Below are positions 30,176-40,631 of a stretch of DNA of 64,000 bases, piece by piece. The position numbers and the translations under genes were made by a program. This DNA comes from Nitrospinota bacterium (GTDB lineage: Bacteria; Nitrospinota_A; UBA7883; JACRGQ01). The first letter of the stretch is position 1, and each line of letters begins with the position of its first letter. The notes beneath the pieces are model-generated. The model searched no databases, was not told where the DNA came from, and was given only the letters and a program-made list of their open reading frames with translations. The stretch covers positions 3,954-67,953 of the forward strand of contig JAOUMJ010000013.1 of the NCBI GenBank assembly GCA_029881495.1, written 5' to 3'.

Positions 30176-30883
30176 TCAGGATTTTATATCGAGAACGGTA
30201 CCGAGCATTTCGTCAGCGGTTTTAACGGCCTTTGCGTTCGCGCTGAACCCATGTTTCCCGGTAATTGTATTTACCAGTTCCTTGGTCAAGTCGCTGTTTG
30301 AGCTTTCGCGAGAGCCTTGAAGGATCGGGCCAAATCCGCCGGCAGAAGGCATTCCCAAAAGAGGCGCACCGCTTGAGGCAGTTTCAAAGAAGATTCCATT
30401 TTCCTCTGTCAGGCCGTCCGGATTGATGAATCTGGCGAGCTCAATTCTGCCGATATCCCTCGTTTGACCGTCAACTGTTGTCTTAACGGAACCATCCGGC
30501 TTTATTGTCACGCTGTTTGAATCATTGGGGAGAAAGATTTCCGGTTTTAGGCTGTTCCCCTTGGCATCGGTCAATCGGCCACGGCTGTCTTTCTGAAAGG
30601 CCCCATTTCTGGTAAATCCGGCTTTTCCTTCGGGAGTGGTTACCTTAAAAAAACCGTCCCCGTTTATTGCGGCATCCAGCGGATTTCCAGTTGTTTCAAA
30701 GGACCCTGCGCCATGATTCTGCCGCGTTGAAGTAATAACGCCTGAGTTTTTTGTTTCCAGCTGAACGGTTTCAAGGCTCTTAAAGGAGTTGGTGTTCAGG
30801 TTGGAGAGGTTATGGGATGCAGTCCCGACCTTTTTAATGCCGGCTTTCATTCCGTTTAGTCCGGAGTTTATACCGTAAATCAT
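30176..30883 (-). CDS. Flagellar basal-body rod/hook family protein (FlgG-like)
   Basis: SHNLSNLNT.SFK, TGNPLD.AING.GFF.V, TRNGAF, F.NP.GL, E.SN.DL..E, ANAK.VKTADEML. Confidence 0.85.
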   Translation of the reverse strand: MIYGINSGLNGMKAGIKKVGTASHNLSNLNTNSFKSLETVQLETKNSGVITSTRQNHGAGSFETTGNPLDAAINGDGFFKVTTPEGKAGFTRNGAFQKDSRGRLTDAKGNSLKPEIFLPNDSNSVTIKPDGSVKTTVDGQTRDIGRIELARFINPDGLTEENGIFFETASSGAPLLGMPSAGGFGPILQGSRESSNSDLTKELVNTITGKHGFSANAKAVKTADEMLGTVLDIKS

Positions 30884-30907
30884 AATAGTTATCCCTTACC
30901 GCCTATT

Positions 30908-30934
30908 TTATCGGATATCTTTTGGAAAACTTTA
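30908..30934 (-). promoter_or_regulatory. Sigma28 (FliA)-type promoter for the flgG-like gene
   Basis: Minus strand TAAA(GTTT)-N15-TCCGATAA versus consensus TAAA-N15-GCCGATAA. Confidence 0.75.
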
Positions 30935-30950
30935 ATTTATTTTTCGGAGC

Positions 30951-30977
30951 TAAAGTTATCCCCCCCTTAACCGAAAA
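30951..30977 (+). promoter_or_regulatory. Sigma28 (FliA)-type promoter for flagellin
   Basis: TAAA(GTT)-N15-ACCGAAAA about 120 nt upstream of the flagellin ATG. Confidence 0.75.
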
Positions 30978-31096
30978 TAGATACAGGGAAAATAAACCCT
31001 GCGGGTACGGCCGCTAACACTTTGAAGGTGAAGGTCACAGCTACGTGACTTTCACCTGAGAATTGAACGTAACAGAACTATTTATAGGAGGCTAAA

Positions 31097-31951
31097 ATGG
31101 CACTGAGGATTTACAACAACCTGCACTCGAATACAGCGCAGAAAAACCTGGGGAGAAACAACGAACTCCTGACCCGTTCGTTGGAAAGACTTTCCTCCGG
31201 TTTGCGCATCAACCGCGCCACAGACGACAGCGCGGGTCTATCCATATCGGGAAAATTAAGAGCGGACATCAGCGCTATGGGTCAGGCGATTCGAAACACC
31301 AACGACGGTATCGCACTCTTGAACACTGCTGAAGGAGCCCTGCAGGAGCAGTCCGACATCTTTATCAGAATGAGAGAGCTTGCTTCGCAGGCGGCAACGG
31401 GAACCGTAGGCTCGACAGAGCGCGCTACTCTTAACAATGAGTTTAACGTGCTAAGGGCCGAGGTTGACCGGATCACCGCGGTAGCGTCGTTTGGTAGCGT
31501 TAACCTGCTCGATGGTTCGCTTTCAACAGCTGCGGGCGTTTCTTCTCTCGTTATCCAGATCGGTATCGGTGGCTCGACCAACGACAGAATTAACCTCAAT
31601 CAGCAGGTTGATCTTACGGCTATGAACTCTACCGCTCTTGGGCTTGATACGCTTTCGATCAGCTCTGTTGGTGGTGCTCTTAGCGCTTTGACCTCTATCG
31701 GGTCGTCGATAGCCATAGTTGCGGCTGGACGCGGTCGCTTGGGCGCTGTTCAGAACAGGCTTTCGCATTCCGTTAACAACCTTACAACAATGGAAGAAAA
31801 CATCAAGGCGGCGGAATCACAGATACGCGACGCAGATTACTCCAAAGAGGTTTCGGAATTTACCAAGAATCAGATTTTGGTGCAGGCTTCTACGGCGGCA
31901 TTGGCCCAGGCAAATCTTGTTCCGCAGTCGGTTCTTCAACTCCTCGCATAG
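31097..31951 (+). CDS. fliC: Flagellin (short type with minimal variable domain)
   Basis: SLERLSSGLRINRA.DD.AGL, LGAVQNRL, AES.IRDADY..E, ANLVPQSVLQLL. Confidence 0.97.
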   Translation: MALRIYNNLHSNTAQKNLGRNNELLTRSLERLSSGLRINRATDDSAGLSISGKLRADISAMGQAIRNTNDGIALLNTAEGALQEQSDIFIRMRELASQAATGTVGSTERATLNNEFNVLRAEVDRITAVASFGSVNLLDGSLSTAAGVSSLVIQIGIGGSTNDRINLNQQVDLTAMNSTALGLDTLSISSVGGALSALTSIGSSIAIVAAGRGRLGAVQNRLSHSVNNLTTMEENIKAAESQIRDADYSKEVSEFTKNQILVQASTAALAQANLVPQSVLQLLA

Positions 31952-31996
31952 TGTGCAGAAATGAATGCTTGGAGTTATTTGTCGGAGGTATGAAAA

Positions 31997-32392
31997 ATGA
32001 TTGAGAATGTTTCTGAACAGGTGAATAAAATGATGCGTAACTACTTTCTTGAAAGTGGGGGCAAGATCAAAGGAAGCATTGAACGGCAAATGGAAAACTC
32101 AATGGAGACGGTGAAGAATCCTTCAAGGGAGGCAAGCAGTCCAGGAAGGGATACTGAAGGAGCTAAAAGCCCGGATGATGTGAGGGCTGCGGCTGGAAAA
32201 GTGAGCGAAAAGCTGGATGAGATCGGCTCACCGTACGACCTTACAGTAGATCCGGACACAAACAGGGTTTTGATAAAGGTAAAAAACGATACAGGCGGCG
32301 GCGAGGCAAGGCAAATACCCCAGAAAGTGATACTTGAAATGGCCAAAAGGCTTGATGATCTGACCGGGGCGATAATCGATTCAAAAAGCTGA
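31997..32392 (+). CDS. flaG: FlaG family protein
   Basis: Follows flagellin; VDPDTNRVLIKV...RQIP...LEMA......G.IID. Confidence 0.75.
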   Translation: MIENVSEQVNKMMRNYFLESGGKIKGSIERQMENSMETVKNPSREASSPGRDTEGAKSPDDVRAAAGKVSEKLDEIGSPYDLTVDPDTNRVLIKVKNDTGGGEARQIPQKVILEMAKRLDDLTGAIIDSKS

Positions 32393-32515
32393 GCGGAAAT
32401 AGCATGGCCTGTGATGAGCCAACATCACAGGTATATGGCACTTTTTGAATCACTGGCAAAATCGCGTGAAGGTTGTTTTCGCTTTTTGCCCTAATCCCTT
32501 TAGAATAGAGGGATT

Positions 32516-35500
32516 ATGAAAAAGTTTAGTCGGACGTTTTTACCCTATGTCGTCGCTGTCCTGCTGGGGGGGATTGCGCTTTTCGCATGGGAAAAGAGCT
32601 CTGAGCTGGCTACTGGAGAATTGCAAAGCAAGCTGGAAGCGGTTCTCCAGGAAAAATTTGGCGCACAATATGAATTGAGGGAATTCAAGTTTTCTTTTTT
32701 CCCTCAATTGGAATTCACGGTTCGTGATGCCGTCCTGGTGTCGGGAGATATAAAAGTTTCTACGGAACGTGTATCTGTTCATATCCCTCTGGTCTCAATA
32801 ATTTTAGGAAGAGCTATCATTTCGGATGTTCAGCTTTTCCGCCCAAAGGTAAAGATCATCAGGAACCGGGACGGGCACTGGAACTTCCCCCCAATAGCAA
32901 TCATTGGAGTTGGAGCAGGCAAAGACGACCTCAGCGATGGTCCGGGCAATGTTGCATTAAAACGGATATCAATTATTGACGGTGAAATATCATTTACAGA
33001 TGAGTCAATTATCGGACAGCCTGAACGTATTCTGAAAATAACGACGGCAAACTACAATGCCGCCGGAGTTCTGGCGCCTGCAACCATAAACATGTCTGGT
33101 GTACTGATTGCAGATGGAAAAAGTTCGAAAACAAGCGTCTCTTTTTCCTGGATCGAGGGAGAGGATAAGGTTTCCTTCAAGGATTTGGAGGTGCAGGGCG
33201 ATATTAGGATTTCATCACTTACCTCGGACTTGGTTAAACCGTACATGGAGGGATTCTTTCCTGAATGGCTGGATGAGAAATTTCTGTCGGTCGAGTTGTC
33301 TTTTTCCGGGAATATAGAACAGCATTTTGACTTTTTTGGCAGATTTGCTCTTAATCCTGAGCAGGTGGCTTTTGAGAACCTCAAGGAGGAGACCTTAAGC
33401 CCGGATTCCAAATGGATTGAAGTGAAGGGGAATCTCAAAGGGGAAAGACTCTCAATGAGCAGATTCAAGCTTCATCTGCCGGAAATTGATTTCCAGGGCA
33501 ATATGGAGATCGAGAACATATGGCAGAAGGATCCAGTGGTAAGGCTAGGCATAGGGTCGTCACTTGCGGAGGTTCCAAGGCTTATCGCGCTACTGCCGCA
33601 GGAGTTATACCCGAAATTTCTTGAAACTTTTTCCCTGGAATCTATTGAGGGGGGGAGTATACGGTTAATTGATTTCAACTTTTCAGGAAAGTATAGCGAC
33701 GCGTTTAAAGCTCCAGAAAAGGGGGAAAAAGGGGCCTATACCGGCAGGCTTGAAGTGCGCGATCTTGCGGTTAAGCCGGTCATGGCCAAACATTCAATTT
33801 CCGAGATGAACGGGATTCTGGCGGTTGAACCGAAGGATATTATTTTTAAAAAGATTTCAGCAAGGTACGGAGCATCCCAGCTGAAAAATGTCAGCGGCGT
33901 TATCGAAGATTTCTGGGACAATCCCGTTTTTCTTGCGAAATTTGTCGCCGATTTGAACCTGAAGGAGTTCCACGAGGAATTAATCGATAATATAGGTTCA
34001 AAGCAGCTTTATGATATTTTAAAACCAATCCACAAATTCAGCGGAAACATAGGATTTGAATTCCTCCTTCAGTACGATATCGCTGGGGGAAAGCTGATGG
34101 AATTTTTCGGAAATTTCGATTTTAGAAACATAGGCTTTACTCACGAACTTTTCGAGAATCCTGTGGAGGACCTAAATGGAACAGTTTTCATTAACCAGGA
34201 ATTGATCGAAATAACAGAGTTGGAACTGGTTACCGGCACAAGCATTTTCAGGACTACGGGCACGGTCTATAATTATCTTAAAGAGGACTACCTCTTTGAG
34301 CTCACATTGGACGCGTCCGGCGATACTGCCGAGTTTGCGAGTACCGTATTTTATACCTATCCATACCTCAACAGCCTTAAAGGCTATTTCGGCTCCAAGC
34401 TGGAGGTGGAGGGAACCCTCGATGATATGACTTTCAGACAGTGGAGCGATTTTACTGAAGCAGAGTATAGATTTCAGGATAAGTTTTTCAAGCCTGTCGG
34501 AGTGCTTTCCCAGGCTATGGCAAATGGACGTATAGTGGGTATGGAGAGGGTTATTATCGATAAAGTCGATATAAAACTTGGTGAGTCACAGTTATTGCTC
34601 TCAGGATATGTCGACAATTTCCTGCAGATACGCAATTTTAAGTTTGATTTGAGTGTGATCTCTCTGAATCTTGACGACACCCAGCATTTTCTCAAGATGT
34701 TCAAGCCGGGCGAGATCAAAGGGAAAATAAAAGGGAATTTGAGCCTTTCGGAAACAGACGGCGAAAGTACCTATGATTACGATTTCCAATTGGATGTCAA
34801 AAAGATAAGACTGAATCGTTTGGAGAAACTTGGCGGATTATTTGAAAAGTTGAAGCTGAAAGGAAACGTCTCCGGGCTGGTTTATCTGAAGGGTGCGAGC
34901 GGCAAGAATCCATCAATGACAGGGGAGATTACAGGCAAAGGGATTGGTTTCAAGACTGTTCTTGCCAGGCCTATCTTTGGTTTAACCGGCAAGATACTTC
35001 TTAGCGGGGACAGGATCAGTATTCAGGATGTGCGCGCCGGAATGGGTAGATCAAAAGGGATGGTGTCCCTTGATATGGATGTCTCCACAACTCCACACAT
35101 TATCCTTACAATAGATGGCGACGAGATATATCTTGAGGACATCGTCAAGCATGCAAGCGAAACCGATGGAGAAACGGATATTGCAGATAGCCCTGAGCCG
35201 CCGGGCGAGGAGAGGAAAAAGTTTATTGATCCGAGCTGGGAAATTCACGTCAAGTCAAAAAAGGGGACGATCAACACGATTACATATAATGACCTTGAGG
35301 CTTCACTCGCGATTGCGGACGATCAGTTCGAATTCAGCAAACTCAAATTCGGGGGGTATGCCGGGGAGTGGGATATCGCAGGCAATCTGGATATACGCGA
35401 CGGGAATCAGCTTTTTTCGGTAAAACTGAAAGTGGATAATGTTGACATGAAACCGTTTTTTCATGATGTCATTCCTGATGTAAACAGAATAGGCGGGCAC

Positions 35501-36082
35501 ATGGATCTGCGGGGGGAGGTAAGTGGAAACGGATTGTCATGGGATATGTTCAGAAAAAATCTCTCCGGGCGGATGGATATTGAAATGCGCGACGGCATGG
35601 TAGAGAAATTCGGCGGCGTCTCCCAGGTTTTTGCCTATATCAACGTGTTGCCGTTGTTCAAGAAACGGCATGTCGATATGGTTGGAAAGGGATTGCCATT
35701 CAATACGGTCAAGGGAACATTCAGCCTGAAAGATGGTGTGGGGAATACGGAAAACCTTACCATGGAAGGGGACGTTCTCAGACTCTCCATGCTAGGGGAC
35801 GTTAATCTTGCTGAAGGGAAACTCGACCTGTTACTAGGATTAAAACCGTTTACTACGATAGATAAGGTAGTATCCAGCATCCCTCTTGCGGGGAAGATCC
35901 TTGCGGGGGACGAAAAGAGCCTTATTATCAGCTATTACCGACTAGGGGGGACATTTGATAATCCTGACTCCAGGGCGGTTCCGGCTGAATCTGTTGCCAG
36001 GACAATGATAGGGATTGTTCAAAGAATTCTTGAAGCACCTGCCAAGGCGCTTTCCACAACAGGAAATTCTCAAAATGAATAG
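32516..36082 (+). CDS. AsmA-like/YhdP-like large periplasmic protein
   Basis: N-terminal TM, RNRDGHWNF, long beta-rich body, AsmA_2-like C-terminus (SSIPLAGKIL, GTFDNP). Confidence 0.8.
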   Translation: MKKFSRTFLPYVVAVLLGGIALFAWEKSSELATGELQSKLEAVLQEKFGAQYELREFKFSFFPQLEFTVRDAVLVSGDIKVSTERVSVHIPLVSIILGRAIISDVQLFRPKVKIIRNRDGHWNFPPIAIIGVGAGKDDLSDGPGNVALKRISIIDGEISFTDESIIGQPERILKITTANYNAAGVLAPATINMSGVLIADGKSSKTSVSFSWIEGEDKVSFKDLEVQGDIRISSLTSDLVKPYMEGFFPEWLDEKFLSVELSFSGNIEQHFDFFGRFALNPEQVAFENLKEETLSPDSKWIEVKGNLKGERLSMSRFKLHLPEIDFQGNMEIENIWQKDPVVRLGIGSSLAEVPRLIALLPQELYPKFLETFSLESIEGGSIRLIDFNFSGKYSDAFKAPEKGEKGAYTGRLEVRDLAVKPVMAKHSISEMNGILAVEPKDIIFKKISARYGASQLKNVSGVIEDFWDNPVFLAKFVADLNLKEFHEELIDNIGSKQLYDILKPIHKFSGNIGFEFLLQYDIAGGKLMEFFGNFDFRNIGFTHELFENPVEDLNGTVFINQELIEITELELVTGTSIFRTTGTVYNYLKEDYLFELTLDASGDTAEFASTVFYTYPYLNSLKGYFGSKLEVEGTLDDMTFRQWSDFTEAEYRFQDKFFKPVGVLSQAMANGRIVGMERVIIDKVDIKLGESQLLLSGYVDNFLQIRNFKFDLSVISLNLDDTQHFLKMFKPGEIKGKIKGNLSLSETDGESTYDYDFQLDVKKIRLNRLEKLGGLFEKLKLKGNVSGLVYLKGASGKNPSMTGEITGKGIGFKTVLARPIFGLTGKILLSGDRISIQDVRAGMGRSKGMVSLDMDVSTTPHIILTIDGDEIYLEDIVKHASETDGETDIADSPEPPGEERKKFIDPSWEIHVKSKKGTINTITYNDLEASLAIADDQFEFSKLKFGGYAGEWDIAGNLDIRDGNQLFSVKLKVDNVDMKPFFHDVIPDVNRIGGHMDLRGEVSGNGLSWDMFRKNLSGRMDIEMRDGMVEKFGGVSQVFAYINVLPLFKKRHVDMVGKGLPFNTVKGTFSLKDGVGNTENLTMEGDVLRLSMLGDVNLAEGKLDLLLGLKPFTTIDKVVSSIPLAGKILAGDEKSLIISYYRLGGTFDNPDSRAVPAESVARTMIGIVQRILEAPAKALSTTGNSQNE

Positions 36083-36186
36083 AGCCGAATTTTGACTAAC
36101 TAATTAAATAATCGCATTTTAGAAACAAATGCTATATTATTTCCAAAGATGGGAAAACATTGATTTCTTAACTGGAGATAAGGAAA

Positions 36187-37017
36187 TTGGGAATTGATAA
36201 TAATATTCTTGGTTCCGACGACGGGTCTCTTGCCGATTTTGAAGAAGAGCTTTTAACACAGCAGAAGACCAAGTCATACAGGAACCTGTTTTTTGTACTG
36301 CTTCTGCTAGCTCTTTTCTCAAGCATTGGATTTTACGCCTGGAAAAAGGGGAAAATCTCCACCGACATCGTTTCAAAATTAAGAAAGTCCGAGGATAAGA
36401 AGGGGATGGCGGATTCCGCCCTGAAAGCGGATGAAACCGGAAAAGCACCATCGGACAAAAAGGGCAAAAAGGATATTGATATAGAGAGGATCGAGCCTGA
36501 TTCCGTGAAAACTTCCTCGACGTATAAAATAAAGGTGCAACCGGGTGAAGCTAGGTCGGGAAAATATTTCCTCCAGGTCGGCATTTTCGCTGAAAAGAAG
36601 AATGCTGAAAAAGTCCTGAAGATGCTCGAAAAGGCGGGTCTAGACCCAAGATCATCCGATACAATGATCCCGTCGAAAAGGGTGAGGGTGGTTGTCGGTC
36701 ATTTCCCTTTCAGGGAGCTTGCCATGGATGAAGCGGCGGCCCTTCGGAACAAGGGATTCAAGCCTAAGGTGCAGATCATGGCCCCTGGCGTCTATTCGCT
36801 CATCATGGGGAATTTCGCCACGGTCAAGGAAGCAAAAAAGCTGATCAGCGAGCTGGAAGACAAGGGGATACCTGTCAGGACAGATTATAAACTTACGAGA
36901 GATTTCATGATCCCAGCTACTGTTGTATACCTTAAGGATATCGAGGCTGGGGATTCACTCGACAAGGCTGAAGCTCTTCTTAAGAGAAACAAGATAGAGT
37001 ACACACTGCGAAAGTAG
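36187..37017 (+). CDS. Membrane-anchored SPOR-domain protein
   Basis: Single TM followed by repeated SPOR-like units (YFLQVGIF...NA, VRVVVGHF, YSLIMGNF); TTG start uncertain. Confidence 0.8.
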   Translation: MGIDNNILGSDDGSLADFEEELLTQQKTKSYRNLFFVLLLLALFSSIGFYAWKKGKISTDIVSKLRKSEDKKGMADSALKADETGKAPSDKKGKKDIDIERIEPDSVKTSSTYKIKVQPGEARSGKYFLQVGIFAEKKNAEKVLKMLEKAGLDPRSSDTMIPSKRVRVVVGHFPFRELAMDEAAALRNKGFKPKVQIMAPGVYSLIMGNFATVKEAKKLISELEDKGIPVRTDYKLTRDFMIPATVVYLKDIEAGDSLDKAEALLKRNKIEYTLRK

Positions 37018-37074
37018 AGGCTCACGCCAGCCTTTGAGATATTGAGAGCAGGCTCTTTTTATGAAGCCGCCTCT

Positions 37075-37278
37075 TTAAGCGACAATGTTTATGGTATTCC
37101 CTTTAAGAGTTTCTTTCCGGATTTCGTTGTTTTTCTCGATTTTCTGTTCGGCGATTTGGTCATCCGCGGCCCTGTTTTGGAGTTCAACGTTTGGATTTAC
37201 CCCTTTTGAGGAGTCGGGCGTGCCGAACTGAACCTGATTTACCTTGTCTTGAAAGACGCCTATTGCTACAGGATCCAT
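37075..37278 (-). CDS. Small hypothetical protein with a C-terminal KGNTINIVA motif
   Basis: 67-aa ORF filling an intergenic gap; C-terminus resembles the G-x-x-I-D/N-x-x-A ends of small flagellum-associated proteins. Confidence 0.55.
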   Translation of the reverse strand: MDPVAIGVFQDKVNQVQFGTPDSSKGVNPNVELQNRAADDQIAEQKIEKNNEIRKETLKGNTINIVA

Positions 37279-37388
37279 TTCTTTTACCTAATAAATACCT
37301 TATTTCTCAATGATACACTTTCACATGAAAATAATCTACTTTCCATCCAGTTTCTCCGGCAAGTATGCTATCATTCCTATTCACTTAT

Positions 37389-39170
37389 ATGGAAAACATC
37401 AGGAACTTTTCAATTATCGCCCATGTAGACCATGGAAAATCGACTCTGGCCGATCGGATGCTGGAATTTACCGGCGCGCTCACTAGCCGTGAAATGAAGG
37501 ATCAGGTGCTGGACAAGATGGACCTTGAGCGGGAACGGGGCATCACCATCAAGGCTCAGGCCGTAAGGCTGAAATATAAGGCCAAGAACGGCCAAGAATA
37601 TATGCTGAACCTGATCGACACACCTGGACATGTCGATTTTTCTTACGAAGTCTCCAGAAGTCTTGGCGCGTGCGAAGGGGGGATCCTTCTGGTAGATGCC
37701 TCGCAGGGGATCGAGGCCCAAACCATCGCCAATTTCCATCTCGCTTCAGACCTCGGTTTGGAGGTAATTCCGGTTATAAACAAGATCGACCTTCCGGCAG
37801 CTGACCCGGTAATGGCAAAACAGCAGATCGAGGATATCCTTTGCATCGACGCCTCGGAAGCGGTTCTAGCTTCGGCAAAGAAGGGGGTCGGTGTAGAGGA
37901 TGTGCTGGAGGCGGTAGTAAACAAAATCCCTCCTCCAAAAGGGGACAGAAACGCCCCTTTGAAGGCCCTCCTGCTTGATTCATGGTACGACCCGTATAAA
38001 GGGGTAGTTGTGCTGACGAGGATCTATGACGGCGTTATAAGGCCAAACATGAAGATATGGCTAATGCGGTCGGATAAGGAGTATGTAATAACACAGCTTG
38101 GGGTTTCCACGCCAGCCGACCTCGACCTGAAGGAAGCTGGCCCGGGAGAGGTTGTCTTTTTTACGGCGGCAATTAAAACGGTTGCCGATACGAACGTGGG
38201 GGACACCATTACCGAATATAGGAGACCCACGACAGAGCCGTTAGCCGGTTTCAAGGAATCGAAGCCGATGGTTTTCTCGGGCCTCTATCCTGTGGAAGGG
38301 GACAGCTACGAAGCGCTTAGGGAGGCTCTTGAGAAGCTTCACCTGAACGATGCTTCTTTCCAATATGAACCGGAAACGTCCGCCGCGCTCGGTTTTGGAT
38401 TCAGGTGCGGATTTCTTGGATTACTGCATATGGAAATTATCAGGGAGCGGCTTGAGCGGGATTTTGACCTTACTTTGATAAGCACATCCCCTTCTGTTAA
38501 CTACAGAGTGACGCTCCAGGATGGAACCACGGTCATGGTGGATAATCCGTCCAGGCTCCCGAAGATGTATAACTTCATTGAGGAGCCGATAATGAAGGCG
38601 ACGATCATATCACCAGACAGTTACATTGGCGACATCTACAAGCTTGTGGAAGAAAAGCGCGGCGTTCAGGAAAAGATGGAATACATTGGGTCGGGAAGGG
38701 TGATGCTCGTATATCATGTTCCGCTCAATGAAGTTGTGCTCGATTTTTTCGACAAACTGAAGTCCGCCACGCGCGGGTATGCTTCCGTCGATTTCGAGGA
38801 TGCCGGATTCCAGAAGGGGAAGCTGGTTAAGCTCGACCTGATGGTGAACGGAGAGGCTGTAGACGCTCTCAGCTTTATTGTTCATTCCGACAAGGCTTAT
38901 ACTGTGGGGCGAGACCTCGCCGCCAGAATGAAGGAGCTTATTCCGAGGCAGATGTTTGAAATAGCTATTCAGGCCTCAATAGGGAGCAGGGTAATAGCCC
39001 GGGAGAGCATTAAGGCGATGAGGAAGAACGTCACAGCCAAGTGCTACGGCGGAGATATCTCCAGAAAGAGAAAGCTTCTGGAAAAGCAGAAAGCCGGAAA
39101 GAAAAAGATGAAACAGATAGGAAACGTGGAAATACCGCAAAACGCATTTATGGCTATTTTGAAGAAGTAG
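37389..39170 (+). CDS. lepA: Translation elongation factor 4
   Basis: [60 protein letters not shown]. Confidence 0.98.
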   Translation: MENIRNFSIIAHVDHGKSTLADRMLEFTGALTSREMKDQVLDKMDLERERGITIKAQAVRLKYKAKNGQEYMLNLIDTPGHVDFSYEVSRSLGACEGGILLVDASQGIEAQTIANFHLASDLGLEVIPVINKIDLPAADPVMAKQQIEDILCIDASEAVLASAKKGVGVEDVLEAVVNKIPPPKGDRNAPLKALLLDSWYDPYKGVVVLTRIYDGVIRPNMKIWLMRSDKEYVITQLGVSTPADLDLKEAGPGEVVFFTAAIKTVADTNVGDTITEYRRPTTEPLAGFKESKPMVFSGLYPVEGDSYEALREALEKLHLNDASFQYEPETSAALGFGFRCGFLGLLHMEIIRERLERDFDLTLISTSPSVNYRVTLQDGTTVMVDNPSRLPKMYNFIEEPIMKATIISPDSYIGDIYKLVEEKRGVQEKMEYIGSGRVMLVYHVPLNEVVLDFFDKLKSATRGYASVDFEDAGFQKGKLVKLDLMVNGEAVDALSFIVHSDKAYTVGRDLAARMKELIPRQMFEIAIQASIGSRVIARESIKAMRKNVTAKCYGGDISRKRKLLEKQKAGKKKMKQIGNVEIPQNAFMAILKK

Positions 39171-39174
39171 GAAA

Positions 39175-39765
39175 ATGGATAAAACTCAAAAATCGCTTTC
39201 ACGGGAATACATTGAGGCAATAATCCTCGCCCTTATTTTCGCGCTTGTCATAAGATCTTTCGTTGTGCAGGCATTCAAGATACCGTCGGGCTCAATGGTG
39301 CCTACTCTCCTGGTGGGGGATCAGATACTGGTGGACAAGCTTGTATACAAATTCCGCGAGCCGAAAAGAGGGGACATCATGGTTTTCAAATACCCGCAGG
39401 ATCCGTCGCGGGATTTCATCAAAAGACTGGTCGGTCTCCCAGGCGAGAAGATAGAGGTGCGTGACCGTATTGTATATATCAACGATATGCCGCTGGACGA
39501 TTCCATGTATGCCTATCACGAAAGCGGGCTGGAAGGATACTTCCCGGTCGTGCCGAGAGACAATTTCAATCCAGTGATAATTCCTGAAGGGAAATACTTC
39601 ATGATGGGGGATAACAGGGAGAACAGCATGGACAGCAGGTGGTGGGGATTCCTGGACAGGGAAGCGGTCGTCGGCAGGGCTTTCACTATCTACTGGTCGC
39701 GCGATATATACCGTATGCTCCCTCTAGGGATGCGGTGGGACCGCTTTGGCAAACTCATTCACTAG
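39175..39765 (+). CDS. lepB: Signal peptidase I
   Basis: IPSGSM.PTL..GD, FIKRLVGLPG, MGDNR.NS.DSR; follows lepA. Confidence 0.96.
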   Translation: MDKTQKSLSREYIEAIILALIFALVIRSFVVQAFKIPSGSMVPTLLVGDQILVDKLVYKFREPKRGDIMVFKYPQDPSRDFIKRLVGLPGEKIEVRDRIVYINDMPLDDSMYAYHESGLEGYFPVVPRDNFNPVIIPEGKYFMMGDNRENSMDSRWWGFLDREAVVGRAFTIYWSRDIYRMLPLGMRWDRFGKLIH

Positions 39766-39784
39766 CGGGTATCGGTAAACGGGG

Positions 39785-40573
39785 TTATTTCCCCTTCTTC
39801 TCCTCCAGCTGTTCAAGCATTTGGGCGAATTGCGTCACCGGAATATCCTCCGCCCTCCCTTTTTCCGCTATGCCTGATGAGGCGAGAGCTTTGTCGATAG
39901 ATACGGCTGTGTATATCGCCTTGAGGTTGTTTTTCAGCGTTTTCCTCTTTTGGCTGAACGCGATAGTTACTAGCCGGAAGAGACTCTTTTCATCACACTC
40001 AACCGGAGGTTTCGCCCGGGGAATGAATGTGAGCACAACGGAATGAACCTTGGGAGGTGGGGTAAATGACCCCGGTTTCACAGTAAAGGCATTCTCAATC
40101 TCCCAGTGGAAATTCGCAAAGACCGATAGAGAGCCGTAATGACGACTGCCAGGGGGGGAAGATAACCGTTCACCTACCTCTTTCTGGAACATCAGAACCA
40201 TTCTTGAAATATATGGCCTATATGTCGTGCATTGTTTGAAGATAGGGATAGAGGCGAAGTAAGGGAGATTCGATACTACCAATAGCGGTGCGGGGAGGGT
40301 GGAAAAGTCGACCCTTTCTGCCTTTGAGTGGATGACCTCCGCATCCGGCATTATTTTTTCCAGCTTTAACGCGAGTTTTTCATCGGCCTCAATGAGGGTA
40401 AGGGTTTTCCCCTTGCCGTAGAGGAGGTTCGTAAGCGCCCCTTTTCCCGGCCCGATCTCGAGGATGTTCGAGTCGTATGAAATTCCGGCTAGTGAGACTA
40501 TCTGTTCCTTTACACTCTCGTCGCTTAGGAAGTGCTGGCCAAGTTTCTGTCTGCCATGTTTAATAATGCTCAT
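39785..40573 (-). CDS. rsmA: 16S rRNA adenine dimethyltransferase
   Basis: LGQHFL, LEIGPGKGALT, SNLPY, MFQKEV, FTPPPKV.S, F.QKRKTL. Confidence 0.95.
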   Translation of the reverse strand: MSIIKHGRQKLGQHFLSDESVKEQIVSLAGISYDSNILEIGPGKGALTNLLYGKGKTLTLIEADEKLALKLEKIMPDAEVIHSKAERVDFSTLPAPLLVVSNLPYFASIPIFKQCTTYRPYISRMVLMFQKEVGERLSSPPGSRHYGSLSVFANFHWEIENAFTVKPGSFTPPPKVHSVVLTFIPRAKPPVECDEKSLFRLVTIAFSQKRKTLKNNLKAIYTAVSIDKALASSGIAEKGRAEDIPVTQFAQMLEQLEEKKGK

Positions 40574-40631
40574 TCATGGCAGTCTCGCAGAGAGAGGGGG
40601 AAACATCAAGGCATTTGGGGAGCGAAGAGGA

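Noticed and set aside
32436..32450. TGGCAC as a possible sigma54 promoter before the AsmA-like gene
   Set aside because: No correctly spaced -12 TTGC element
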